From Antedon mediterranea (lineage: Eukaryota > Animalia > Echinodermata): a stretch of DNA of 64,000 bases. Below are positions 52,725 through 64,000 of this stretch, piece after piece (the first letter of the stretch is position 1; each line of letters begins with the position of its first letter). Both the position numbers and the translations under genes were made by a program. Where the stretch lies: the NCBI RefSeq assembly GCF_964355755.1, contig NC_092674.1, positions 24,056,001 to 24,120,000 of the forward strand, in the 5' to 3' direction. The notes below the pieces were generated by a model. The model made no database searches. It was not told the DNA's origin and saw nothing but the letters and a program-made list of their open reading frames with translations.

Positions 52725-53570
52725 CAGTTATGTTGATCAGATGTAGTGGAGAGATCAACTAACTGGTTCTTGTCTCTTCGGAGACACTTACTGTATGTGT
52801 GCAGTTATGTTGATCAGATGTAGTGGAGAGATCAGCTAACTGGTTCTTTTCTCTTTGGAGACACTTACTGTATGTGTGCAGTTATGTTGATCAGATGTAG
52901 TGGAGAGATTAACTAACTGGTTCTTGTCTCTTCGGAGACTCTTACTGTAGGCCTATGTGTGCAGTTATGTTGATCAGATGTAGTGGAGAGATCAGCTAAC
53001 TGGTTCTTGTCTCTTCGGAGACACTTACTGTATGTGTGCAGTTATGTTGATCAGATGTAGTGGAGAGATCAGCTAACTGGTTCTTGTCTCTTCGGAGACA
53101 CTTACTGTATGTGTGCAGTTATGTTGATCAGATGTAGTGGAGAGATCAACTAACTAACTGGTTCTTGTCTCTTCGGAGACACTTACTGTATGTGTGCAGT
53201 TATGTTGATCAGATGTAGAGTGAAAGAGATCAGCTAACTGGTTCTTGTCTCTTCGGAGACTCTTACTGTATGTGTGCAGTTATGTTGATCAGATGTAGTG
53301 GAGAGATCAACTAACTGGTTCTTGTCTCTTCGGAGACACTTACTGTATATGTGCAGTTATGTTGATCAGATGTAGTGGAGAGATCAACTAACTGATTCTT
53401 GTCTCTTCGGAGACACTTACTGTATGTGTGCAGTTATGTTGATCAGATGTAGTGGGGAGATCAACTAGCTGGTTCATTGTCTCTTCAGAGACACTTACTG
53501 TATGTGTGCAGTTATGTTGATCAGATGTAGTGGGGAGATCAACTAGCTGGTTCATTGTCTCTTCAGAGAC
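52725..53570 (+). repeat. 77-bp tandem array, 11 copies, each with two hairpins
   Basis: CAGTTATGTTGATCAGATGTAGTGGAGAGATCAACTAACTGGTTCTTGTCTCTTCGGAGACACTTACTGTATGTGTG, period 77. Confidence 0.97.
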
Positions 53571-55229
53571 CCTTCTTTAAGCATTGTATATCATAATAAA
53601 TATATTAACACAATCACCAACAAAATTTATTTATTTTATCAATAGTGAAAAAAAGAAAGCATAACTTAAAATATTAAAAATAAAAAATAAAATTACGCGA
53701 TTAAATAACTTTGGTTATATTTTATACGTAAATCCATTATTTTAATGATGGTACGATTTGAGAACTTGTGTTATTTTACGTAAATCCATTGTTTTAATGA
53801 TGGTGCAACCATTTTGTTCAATTTCACAACCCCACAATGTGTACTAACAAATTTTTTTTTGTTTTTCAGGGTAATCAATGTACTTTTATCTTTTCAGAGA
53901 TTGAAGATAATTTTTTCGTATTTTTCTTTTGCAGATTAATTTTGTTAATATTTAAAATTGACAGTATTACGGTACGGTACTGTTACTTTTTTTGTATTAA
54001 TTGATTACGTTAATTAGACTGTATGTGTACAACTACAGTTCGCAGTTGCACCCCGACCCCCTATTATGGCTATTTAAAGTTACCGTATAAGGTATTTTAG
54101 GCCTACGTTTTATATCCCTAGTGTTTTCAAATGTATGCATATAAGTCAATAATATTACTATATCTACAGACACTAATTTATTTATTTTATTCTTTCAGAA
54201 ATCTTATGTTGATTTTGATATTATAGTCATTATTTTGATGTGGATCGTTTTAAGTTTTAAAATGACATTAAATCTTGATCGGTATTATTATTATTGAGGT
54301 AGGTGTTGAATTCATGAAATATCTTTTAATTATGGAATCGGCACTTCAATTGGAATGACATCGATCATAACTTATCCTGGTCCTCCTGGTAAGTACAATA
54401 ATAAATTAAAATACTTCACACAAAAACACTAGGTCCAACAGAAGAAACTGGTTTCGATCAGCGCATGCGCAAATCACTTTCAGCGAAACACAAACTATCA
54501 ATGTACAGTGCGGTATTTCTGTGTAGGCCTATAGAATAAGAATGAAAATGATTGTAAAATGGCATAAAATGGGAAAAAATTATATAAACACGGCTAACAA
54601 AAAGTTGATATATATATTTGAATGGCTTCCGTTCCATCTGAGTTTTAATTTTAATCAATAGTTTTAAGATTTAATCATTATAACCTAACAAAGCCGGCCT
54701 AACTTTGATCATCTTCATCTACACTAATGCTCCGTTTTGTTTTCAGGTTCGGAAGAGGTGCACCACGCGCGCGTTCATTTATAATACTATAATATTATTA
54801 TTCATATTTGTTTAATTAAATTAATTAATAATAACTAATTAACTCAAATGGAGACGGAAGCTATCAAATAAAATAATCATCTTTTAGCGTAAGCATTTAA
54901 ATCGTCGTCGTCGTAAAATACCAACCAATTATATTGGTATATTTGGTAAAAGCGGATTAAATACAGGTAGGGGGCTATATTACCAAAGAGCTCATACTAA
55001 TATTTTAGCGGGTTTGTTTTAATGTTTTACACAATTGTCAATAAGGTTGCAACATATTACTAGTGGAATGATGTGCTATAAGGTAGAAATGATGACAATA
55101 TCTACCAAGACATTTAAGTTTTTTTAAGCGTAAAGCGCTTTCACATCGCGCCGGTCCGGTGCCAAACTAATTGTGGAAGGGTTTAGTGGTAAAGCACGCG
55201 GACGCGATGTTAAAGCAGCTTTAACCAGA

Positions 55230-56225
55230 CACTTCAATCTGGAAATTATACTTACTGTTCTTTCGTTTTATAGATTGGTGAGTTGTCAACGTGATCTACG
55301 CCATCGAAGGTAAAAACTGATACGTGATGACAAAAAGGTACGTATTACCATTACAAAAAAGGTTGAGCTCATTTTATAATTGACAACAAATGTTTTTATA
55401 TTTATAGGTTGATGACGAAATGTCAACGCTGAGCCTAAACGACCGCCGTTACATGCTAAGGTATGCATACATAATCTACAGTTCAAAGACATCGAGGAAA
55501 AACAGTTTTTGTACCCTAAACACTAACGTCTATTAATTATATACTGGTAATAAAATCCAGGCAATGTGGACACTCACTATTATTCTGTTGTTTTGTATAG
55601 CTTGGTGTCTCAGAGTGTGAACGTAGTCTACGCTAACGTCATATGTAAACGTTGTATCAAATACATGACGAAGAAGTACGTAACGTATGTCCAAGACCAA
55701 AAGGTCACACCCATTCTAATATTAGAAATGAATTTTTTTACAGATTGTATTGGTGACACCCGACATCGTGAAATGATACTTATGTATGACTCTTATTTTC
55801 AACTGAAAAGGTGAGGGTGAGAAAGTTTTTAGCCTTATAACCTTAACCTTAATTACCTAAAATCCAGCCAATCTGTAATTATAATTACTGTATTATTTTA
55901 TTTTATAGATGGTGGGTGAGAGTTATGGATGTAGTCTCGCCACTGGAAGGTAAAAACTGTATCAATTACATGAAGAGAGGTAGATATGTCCTGGACCAAA
56001 TAGTCAAACCCATTTTAATATTAATAATCTTTTTTATTCTTACAGAATGATCGGTAGTGACGGCACCCGATGTCAACCCCACAACATTGCAAAATTAAGG
56101 TATTCCTACTTATTCCCAACTCGAAGAGTGAAGCCAATAAAAAAGTTTTTTAACGTAAATATTTAAAAATCGATCATAAGTACTGTAAAAAAATGCAGGC
56201 AATATAAAAATACTGTATTTACTTT
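55230..56225 (+). repeat. Three diverged tandem units of about 310-330 bp bearing splice-site-like signals
   Basis: Shared landmarks per unit: TATAG|, GTAAA, CCATT..ATAAT/AATATT, AAAGTTTTT and AATCCAGGCAAT (about 55554, 55862, 56192). Confidence 0.55.
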
Positions 56226-56884
56226 GTATTGGCCTTGGTTTTTTTTTCGCGCCGCTCCTTTAGATAGTTATATAAGAACGAAAGTATTAGAGAAACAGTT
56301 ACCATAAAAAATTTGTATTTGGGAACTCGGACTGGGCATGCGCACACCCCAAAGCGCGTCTGGGAAAAGAGTCTATGAAAACATGATAAATATTGAGATG
56401 CATGTAGATGGTATCGAGATGAGCGGCGTTTTTTTGTAAGAAATATTTCTTGTTTAAAAATAGATTAGTGGATGGGAGTTACAAACATTTGGACAGCAGC
56501 AGAAGTGGAGTTAACCAGATCAAGAGATCAAAGTGTAGCAGCGGGGATCAGACACAAGACACAACAGTATCTTCTGTGAGAATTAACTGCGGCAGACTCA
56601 GGACAAGACGACGGCGGAGGCCAGAGAGAATACTAGGTTTTAGTTCGTTATGTATGCCTAATTATATTACATTGGAGTCTTCACTGGAAATATTAAAGAA
56701 CTTTGTTACATGCTAAATATTTTGATAAAAATAAATCCACAACAAAAATAATGCACAATAATAAAAAACAAGTATTAGAAATGTTGAACGGATAGGGACT
56801 ATTAAAAAAAACAAATATTATTAAAGCATTGTGTTTTTTCTTAGATTAAAAATGTGCTGTGCTGCTACCAATCTTGCTCAGTGA

Positions 56885-56980
56885 TGATCATGCTGTGGCC
56901 GACCAATGGTGATCGCATGCTGTGGCCGACGAATGGTGATCGGATCATGCCGTTGCAGACGAATGGTGATCGCATGCTGC
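56885..56980 (+). repeat. 27-30 bp minisatellite, about 3.5 copies
   Basis: GATCGCATGCTGTGGCCGACGAATGGT units. Confidence 0.75.
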
Positions 56981-58769
56981 AACAACCCCGATATTAAACC
57001 TGCTATTCAAAATAACGGCATGTAAGAAAACCGTTTGAAAGACCAACTAAGCCCAGGTACCTAATAGGAATATCGCATGCTCTACTCATGTTCCACTTGG
57101 AAACATGTAAAATGCTTATGCTTACTCATTACCCCCTTAATCGAACCACCCCTCCCACCTCACACACGATAGGCTTAGTCAAATAAAGTGATATTGATTG
57201 TAACATGTTATTTTATTTGTGTAGCACAGAACGTCTACTATGTAACGTACTGAGCATAGCAGTAGAAGGTGGAACAACTACCAGTAGCAGACAACGGGGG
57301 AGCTCGAGAGTGGCGCCAGCACAGGACGACGGATAACTAGACGGACGCACCCACGCCCACCAGGCAGAAGACAAAGGGATCGGTTCAGTTATGCAATTAT
57401 GATAAAATACAAAATGTATTGTTTAAAATCATTAAAAATGTTCGTATTTATCCATATTGTTTTTAACACTAACTCTTGTATTTTTGTTGGCTTTCATGTA
57501 ATGGTATGACCTCTCTTTGTGACACCCTCCCCCTTTCCGTATTAGATATCCCATCTTAGGTAGGCCTAGTGGGTCTAAGGTATGTAAGTAGGACAGGTAT
57601 AGGTAGGACGGGCGTAGCTGGTTAGGAAGAGAGAGGTTAATGCCATTTACAGGTCTGCCTTTATTGTTGGCCGTTACCATCTAATTTTTACTATATCATT
57701 GCACTTCTTGTTATCATCTTCATATTAATAGTTAATCTTCAGTTTAATAATTGATATGTATTTTCATGTCATAATTGCATTTCTGAAAGTAGGCAGAAGA
57801 AATTCGACCAGGAAAACTGTACATTTTTGTGTATCCTATATATTTGAAATAATTTAAAGTTGAAATAAAAAAAAAATGCATTTTTAAAATAAATATTTTG
57901 CCGATTCTTATGTTAGTATTTTGTATGAACTGTGATGAATTTATATCGAATTTGAACAATGAATATCATTGCCGAGTTATTATACCATAGAGGAAAAAAT
58001 ATTTAAATTATTAATTGAATTTATTTTTTCCTCCATGATTACACTATGTGACGTGTTTTCAATGTTTAAGAATAAATCAATAACTACCTGACAATCTATA
58101 CTACCTGGATAATTCAATTAGGTTCAACTATTAATTATCTACGCAGCGAACAATATCAGATTACTGGAAGGTTACAAATAAAATGTAATATTTATTAATA
58201 GAATATATATATATATATATTAATTTACATGTGACGCAATGCAGTTAGGCAAATAGTAAACGTTTGGGAAGCATCACCCCCAGAGCTGCATCACCCCCAG
58301 AGCTGATTTGTGATTGGTTGATAGTTGAACATCGCAACTCCTATTTTTATACGTATGCTGCCGCAAATGGGGTCTGTACAGGCATTTGTACTGTGTCTCA
58401 GTTTGGCCCAAGGTAAAAGAATGAGGGCTGGAACGTCCCATCGAAAAGCGATTTAGTTCGCTATTATAAATTATAAAATCCGAAATAAAATAAATTTAAT
58501 TGAATCCGTGAAAAGAATGAAAGGAAGAATAAATTCACTAAAGCCTGAAATTGGTAAAACGGCTTAGACAAGGTACATAATGATATTATATACACCGTCA
58601 CGGGCATTTGGTTACCTATATAGGCCTACTATAATGTTTACACTATCATGTCTAGGATAGTATGAAGATGTTGTTTTTGTACAAGGTGACAGATTAAGCC
58701 TGTAAAAAAGATGGCTAAATTAACCATGGAGAGGTATTAATTACCTCCATACTATAAAACCAAGACAAC

Positions 58770-59518
58770 TAAGATGGTCCTGATATTAAATAACCATCAT
58801 TCAATTCATTGTTGATGATGTTGATGTCCGCACAACTAGTGAATATTTAGGAGTATGGATAGATGAAAAACTGACATGGAACGCCAACACTGCCAAAGTC
58901 TATGCGAAGGCAAACCAAAGATTGTACTTCTTAAGGAAATTAAGAAACTTTAAGATTGGCAGAGATGCGCTGTCTCTATTCCATCAGGCTAACATTTTGC
59001 TGTATTTGCTGTAAATAGTTTATCTAAGTATAACTCAAATAAATTACAGAGAATAATAAAAATGGCTAAGAAGGTAATAGGTGCAAACGTCCCATCTATC
59101 CATGATATATGCGATAAGGTTATGGAGAAAAAACTAAAATGTATATAATTAACGACCAGTCTCATCCTCTTTTTAACTTTATAAATTTCAGTAGATCCGA
59201 AAGGATGATTCCTTCAATTAAGAAGACTGAGCATCATAATAAATCATTTCTTCCGTGTGCAATCAGGCAACAACAAGCAATTTAAAAGATAACTTGAGAC
59301 GTTTTATATTTTATTCTATATAATAATAGTGTTTTATATTTATATTGTTACCATGTTTTATACATTGCATATTTTCTTATATATTATCTTATTCATTGTA
59401 TAGTATTGTATGGAACGCCGTTTACGCAACATTTCGATGATATGAATTTTATGACGCGATATGTGAATGAAATGCATCGATATGAATTAAATGAATTTTA
59501 ACTTTAACTTGAACTTGA
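58770..59518 (+). mobile_element. Degenerate CR1-group LINE 3' part (Rex-Babar/L2-like) with microsatellite tail
   Basis: EYLGVWIDEKLTWNANTAKVYAKANQRLYFLRKLRNF...NDQSHPL...SFLPCAIR, with frameshifts. The (TTRAAC)n tail lies at about 59497-59518. Confidence 0.85.
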
Positions 59519-60007
59519 TTAATTGGAGTGCAGTGTGCGTGCAGCAGTATACAGGTGTAGAGTAGTGGAGATCGAGAGAGTGGACCGACAAATCAATCGA
59601 TGATAGAGGGCGCTATATAATGACGGACGAAGATGAAAAATCCGAAAAAATGACGCTAGATAGTTTGTTTACAATTTTATGTGATTAATTTATCATTATT
59701 TCACAAATAAATAATGGTAGACAGCTAAACAGTAAGTGACTGAACCCTTGTTTTTTTGTTATAATTGATTAAATAAGTTATTAATTTGAAACTAGTCAAT
59801 TTGGCCTTAATTAATTACATTATAAGCTGCTAGGCTAGGCCCAGGCAGGCTACCCTGTCTGGCACTTTCAGTACACACGGGCAGTACACGTACGTAGGCG
59901 CTTCGACAGACAGTGGACTGATATTCAATTGAATGGCATAGCCTAGGCCTAGGATCCCCAGTAAAGAATTAACCCTAACAATTAATATAAATTCTTTCCA
60001 GATAGTA

Positions 60008-60045
60008 ATGTCGGAGACTGTTACTCTCACAGAAGCTGAAATCAG
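60008..60045 (+). CDS. STXBP4: Multi-PDZ protein (STXBP4/Synip-like), first coding exon
   Basis: MSETVTLTEAEI. Acceptor TTTCCAG at 60001 and donor AG|GTTAAT in phase 2 matching the next exon. Orthology is tentative. Confidence 0.65.
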
Positions 60046-60449
60046 GTTAATTCGAGTATTTTATTTTACTGTATCAATAACCAGAATCGTTAATTTTTGA
60101 GTTGCCATAAATAAATATCGAATATCCTGTCAATTCTGTGTAGTAGAAGAATGAAATGACATTATTTTGTCATAATAATTGTCGGCGTTCATAATTTAAC
60201 GTATGTGCATGTTGCGTTTGCGCGGATAACCCAAATTCGTCAAAGTGACGAGTTCAAATCTAGTTTTGTTATGGATGGGACTTGTTCAACTTGGACACCA
60301 GTTAAGTTATGCAACAAAACAATATTATATTGACCTTTTGACTAATCAAATGATTAGGTTTTGACCAGATTTCTTTTAAAATTTTTTTGTTTTAGTTTGT
60401 TTTTAATATGCAAAACTTATAATATTATTATTAATGTTTCTAATTTTAG

Positions 60450-60553
60450 CACACAAGAAGATTCCCCGGCGGCATCTGGTCATACCCCTGTGCACAGTAC
60501 ACTCATGGATGGTACAGAAACACTAGTTTTCAAAAATTGTAAAAAAGGCCTTG
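60450..60553 (+). CDS. STXBP4: STXBP4-like exon (start of PDZ1)
   Basis: STQEDSPAASGHTPVHSTLMDGTETLVFKNCKKGLG, phase 2-1. Confidence 0.85.
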
Positions 60554-60983
60554 GTATGTAGTTTTTTAAAAACTTTTTTAAACATTGCTTTTACTAAATA
60601 AAAATGTATTGTCCCTCAAAAACATGAAAATTAATAAATTAAGAATAAAGAAAAAAAAGTAAAAGAAATAGTTCACTTTTAAATATAAAAACTAAATCAT
60701 AAATGTCAACCAATAAACATTGAATGGCAGCCTATTTGACTTTTTTTAGGTCAATACCCTTTTTCACGATCCAATTTTAGGTCAAAGTGAATAACAATTA
60801 TGTAACATTAAAATAGAATATTCAACAAAATAATTTTTAAAAAGTTAGAAAAAAAGGGACAATATATCTTAACTTACACTGTCAAACGTCATTAGTAAGT
60901 TGAATGTGAAAAATTGAATATTTTTGGTTGTACATAATTTGCAGTAATGCCAGTAAAGCTAGAAATGTTGTTTGAATTTTTAG

Positions 60984-61079
60984 GCATTAAAATCATTGGA
61001 GGTAAAAGTGAAGAGGACGGAATTGATTATGGGATTTTCATCAAAAGGATTTTAAAGGGAGGACTTGCTGCAAAAGGAG
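60984..61079 (+). CDS. STXBP4: STXBP4-like exon (PDZ1)
   Basis: GIKIIGGKSEEDGIDYGIFIKRILKGGLAAKG, phase 1-1. Confidence 0.92.
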
Positions 61080-61204
61080 GTAAAAAAATATAAAACTATA
61101 TTTTTCTCATTCATACCGGAAGCTCTCTTGAATTTCCTTTGCAAAATTTAATTCTTCAATACAAAATTTAAACTATTATTGGATAGCAAACCCATGCTTT
61201 CTAA

Positions 61205-61359
61205 AGCTCTGTCTACATTATCACCATTATGTGACAAAAAAATGTGATGTGGCCATATATGGACATGATGATGTCATATCACTACCATATTTGGACATAT
61301 CACTACCATATTTGGGCATATCACATTTGTGAAGCTAGTTGGATAGTGTAGACAGAGCT
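61205..61359 (-). mobile_element. MITE family A, intact copy with TAA TSD (PIF/Harbinger-like)
   Basis: TAA|AGCTCTGTCTACA...TGTAGACAGAGCT|TAA. Confidence 0.88.
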
Positions 61360-61527
61360 TAAAACCAAATGAGGCTTATAGGTAGTGAGGCAGCTATATT
61401 GACCATAAGATGCATTTAAGGACTAAGTCAGGATTTGAACTAAGGACTTTAATATTAGTAAGCACGCATATCAACCACCAAACCACACTGCCACTTTCAT
61501 TAAAACCTTTGAACATTTATTTTTTAG

Positions 61528-61597
61528 GTAAATTATTTGACGGTGATCAGATCCTGACGGTTAATGGCGAGAGTTTACTGCGAGTTACAAACGAAAG
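61528..61597 (+). CDS. STXBP4: STXBP4-like exon (PDZ1)
   Basis: GKLFDGDQILTVNGESLLRVTNER. Donor GTAAGT, phase 1-2. Confidence 0.92.
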
Positions 61598-62037
61598 GTA
61601 AGTACTGTTAAAACACACACACCATACTGAAACTACAAACTGCATTTAGAGATTGGTACAGAAGTATTGTGTATATAACAAGCTTATTTTTCATGTTGGT
61701 AGACAAAGGATAAACGTTTAATACGTCCCGATGAACACTGAATGCTGTATATGGGCTTAATTACCATACTTTTTTTGGAATTATAAAAAAAAAAAAAAAT
61801 TCGAATAAATGCCTCGAGCCCCCAACTGTTATTTTATCAAAGAGAAAATTTCTACATACAGTTATTAAAGGGACACCTCTATTAAGGGTACACTGATAAA
61901 ACAGTTAGGGGACAATGTATGTTTTAACACTACCGCCTATTCTGGGGATACCCCTTAAAGTTCTAAAGGTGTGACTTATACTGTGTTTTTAATTACATTT
62001 ACTAGTATGTAATGAAAATTATTTAAATTTTTTTCAG

Positions 62038-62112
62038 GGCAGTTCACATTCTGAGGAGTGCTTCAGCTACAAATAATGTCACTTTGGTTGTAACAAGAAA
62101 TCCTTCATCAAA
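62038..62112 (+). CDS. STXBP4: STXBP4-like exon (end of PDZ1)
   Basis: AVHILRSASATNNVTLVVTRNPSSK, phase 2-2. Confidence 0.9.
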
Positions 62113-62649
62113 GTATGTATTTATGTTTGACAATAGTTAAGATAAAACTGTATATAAAGTGATAAACTCCGTCTAAACTATCAACTAGTTTGACAAAAAA
62201 TATGATGATGATGTGATATGCCCAAATATAGTAGTGATATGATACATCATGTCCATATATGGACAAATCACACTATTTTTGTCAAACTATTTTGATAGTG
62301 TAAACAGAGCTTTAGTTTACCAACTAATTACCATCAACAAGTTAATTTTGAATTCAACATCCAAAAAACTTGAAATCGTAAACTTACAGATCATGTCATT
62401 ACTGTATATGCAAACAGTTGCCTTAAGATGGAAGATGTATGAACAGAGTTTTTTATGTTGGTATATAGGCTAATACATGTGAACGTTATAGAAAAATCAT
62501 ACTATCTAGCTCATATTCGGAACATGATCTCATAATCGCGTCGAGCATAACTCATCAGCAAATGTTCCGTATTTTTAGTTGTATGAAAAAATGTCTCTGG
62601 CGGGATTCGAACCTGCGACCCTTAACATATTTTGATTACCTATTCACAG

Positions 62650-62768
62650 GAAACATTTTAGAATTTTGTGCGAGTCGTCCATACAGTACTCCAGGACGGC
62701 AAGCAGCAGTTCAATGAATGATTCTCAGTCAGTGTCATCAATGGGCAGCTCTGCAAACTATGCATCAG
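62650..62768 (+). CDS. STXBP4: STXBP4-like exon (Ser-rich linker)
   Basis: KHFRILCESSIQYSRTASSSSMNDSQSVSSMGSSANYAS. CACAG / CAG|GTAGGT, phase 2-1. Confidence 0.8.
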
Positions 62769-63053
62769 GTAGGTACTGTACTCTACACTAAGGGTTGCGG
62801 GATGATTTGGCAATTCCATGACTCAATTCCATGACTCAATTCCATACTCATTGTATAAACCTTGTGGCGTCAGTTTATTTATATATAAATATATATTTTT
62901 TCTTTATATTTATAATAATGTAGACACTTTTTTTTTTTGTACCCTGTATTCTTTTTTCCGAAATAAAAGGTGAAATGAAAATAACAGCTCTCTTTCGATT
63001 AGAAACGATTTCCTTATAAGGTATTGTTCTCTAAATAACATTTTTTCTTACAG

Positions 63054-63114
63054 TTTCTCCCAGAAGCATCGCTTCCTCCTCATCAATGACAAGTAGTAGG
63101 ATAACAGCTCAACG
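63054..63114 (+). CDS. STXBP4: STXBP4-like exon (Ser-rich linker)
   Basis: VSPRSIASSSSMTSSRITAQR. TTACAG / GTAAGT, phase 1-2. Confidence 0.82.
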
Positions 63115-63913
63115 GTAAGTTACCATGGATACCAAGTAACACTTTCCTAAACCTAAGATTTCACTTTCTGAACAGTTTTGTCATTATTAATAACCACAGT
63201 AGAATAATTTTATATGAATCACCTTTTGGACTAAACAATGTTTCCCTTTAAACCACTGTCTACACTATCAAACTTTATGTGTGATATGCCCAAATATGGT
63301 AGTGATATGCCCAAATATGGTAGTGATATGCCCAAATATGGTAGTGATATGCCCAAATATAGTATTGATATGACATCATGTCATATATGGGCACATCACA
63401 TTTTTTTGTCACATAAAGTTTGATAGTGTAGACAAAGCTTAATAGGTGTTGGCTGTAGTGTTAAAACATACATTGCCCCTCATTCATTTTAGCCTTCATA
63501 ATAGGGTAGTGTGTCTACTGTCTATTTGGTAGTAACTAATAGTTTTTATATAACACCTAAATAAATTCCTGTCATTTGATTGGACAATTGTGGGTCACAT
63601 GGCGTGCAATAGTATGCACTATTGAAAGGGTCGTTCGATAGTACTTTTTTTTGTGAATGGTTTTTTTGTGAATGATGAAAGGTTACATACAGATACAGAT
63701 CTTTTATTGTCATTCAAACCAAAATTCAAAATTTCACCTCATGCCATTATTTGTGCCATTACACTCATTATTAACATTCAATGCCTGTATAATATAGAAG
63801 TATATAAACAATTTGTTGTTACCAAATTGCTGTTCCAAACAAATTACATAAAAAACCTCAGTTCTAATGTGAGTCTGGATTATTATTACTTCAATGTTTT
63901 GTTTCCCTTCTAG

Positions 63914-64000
63914 AATTGAGAATGTACAACAAATAAGAATACCAAAGATTGCTGGTCTTGGCTTGAGTATTGGGGGTGGAATGCACCAAATGGATGGACC
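63914..64000 (+). CDS. STXBP4: STXBP4-like exon (start of PDZ2), runs off the window
   Basis: IENVQQIRIPKIAGLGLSIGGGMHQMDG resembles human STXBP4 FQMITIAKETGLGLKVLGGINRNEGP. Phase-2 acceptor TTCTAG. Confidence 0.85.

Noticed and set aside
52725-53570. Hammerhead ribozyme
   Set aside because: No CUGANGA plus GAAA core on either strand (only CTGATCA).
62598-62625. tRNA T-arm/B-box on the minus strand (also 61420-61492 and the head at 29539)
   Set aside because: No complete cloverleaf; these are SINE heads or fragments, not tRNA genes.

Overview
AT-rich invertebrate animal DNA; a deuterostome such as an echinoderm is plausible, but that is inference. Three spliced + strand protein-coding genes can be assembled with consistent GT-AG phases: a PAR-bZIP factor (HLF/TEF/DBP/Pdp1 family, 6482-13693), UBL3 (about 27739-40479) and the 5' part of a multi-PDZ STXBP4-like gene (60008 to the window end). 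The rest is dense with mobile DNA: nested MULE-like elements, a 4.3-kb Academ-like foldback that splits a CR1 LINE, a Sola2-like transposon whose transposase is interrupted by a Deu-type SINE, two abundant MITE families, LINE remnants and several tandem arrays. The most striking unexplained signal is a pervasive set of what look like DNA-transposon excision scars: TA to TACAGTA/TACTGTA, TA to TAGGCCTA/TAGGCTA/TAGCCTA, and CATGGAG mini-hairpins with 7-bp target duplications. Some are caught as single-copy insertions in tandem arrays, some are stacked at hotspots, and the classes are spatially segregated between gene body and promoter/intergenic DNA. All counts and alignments were done by eye and no database searches were run.
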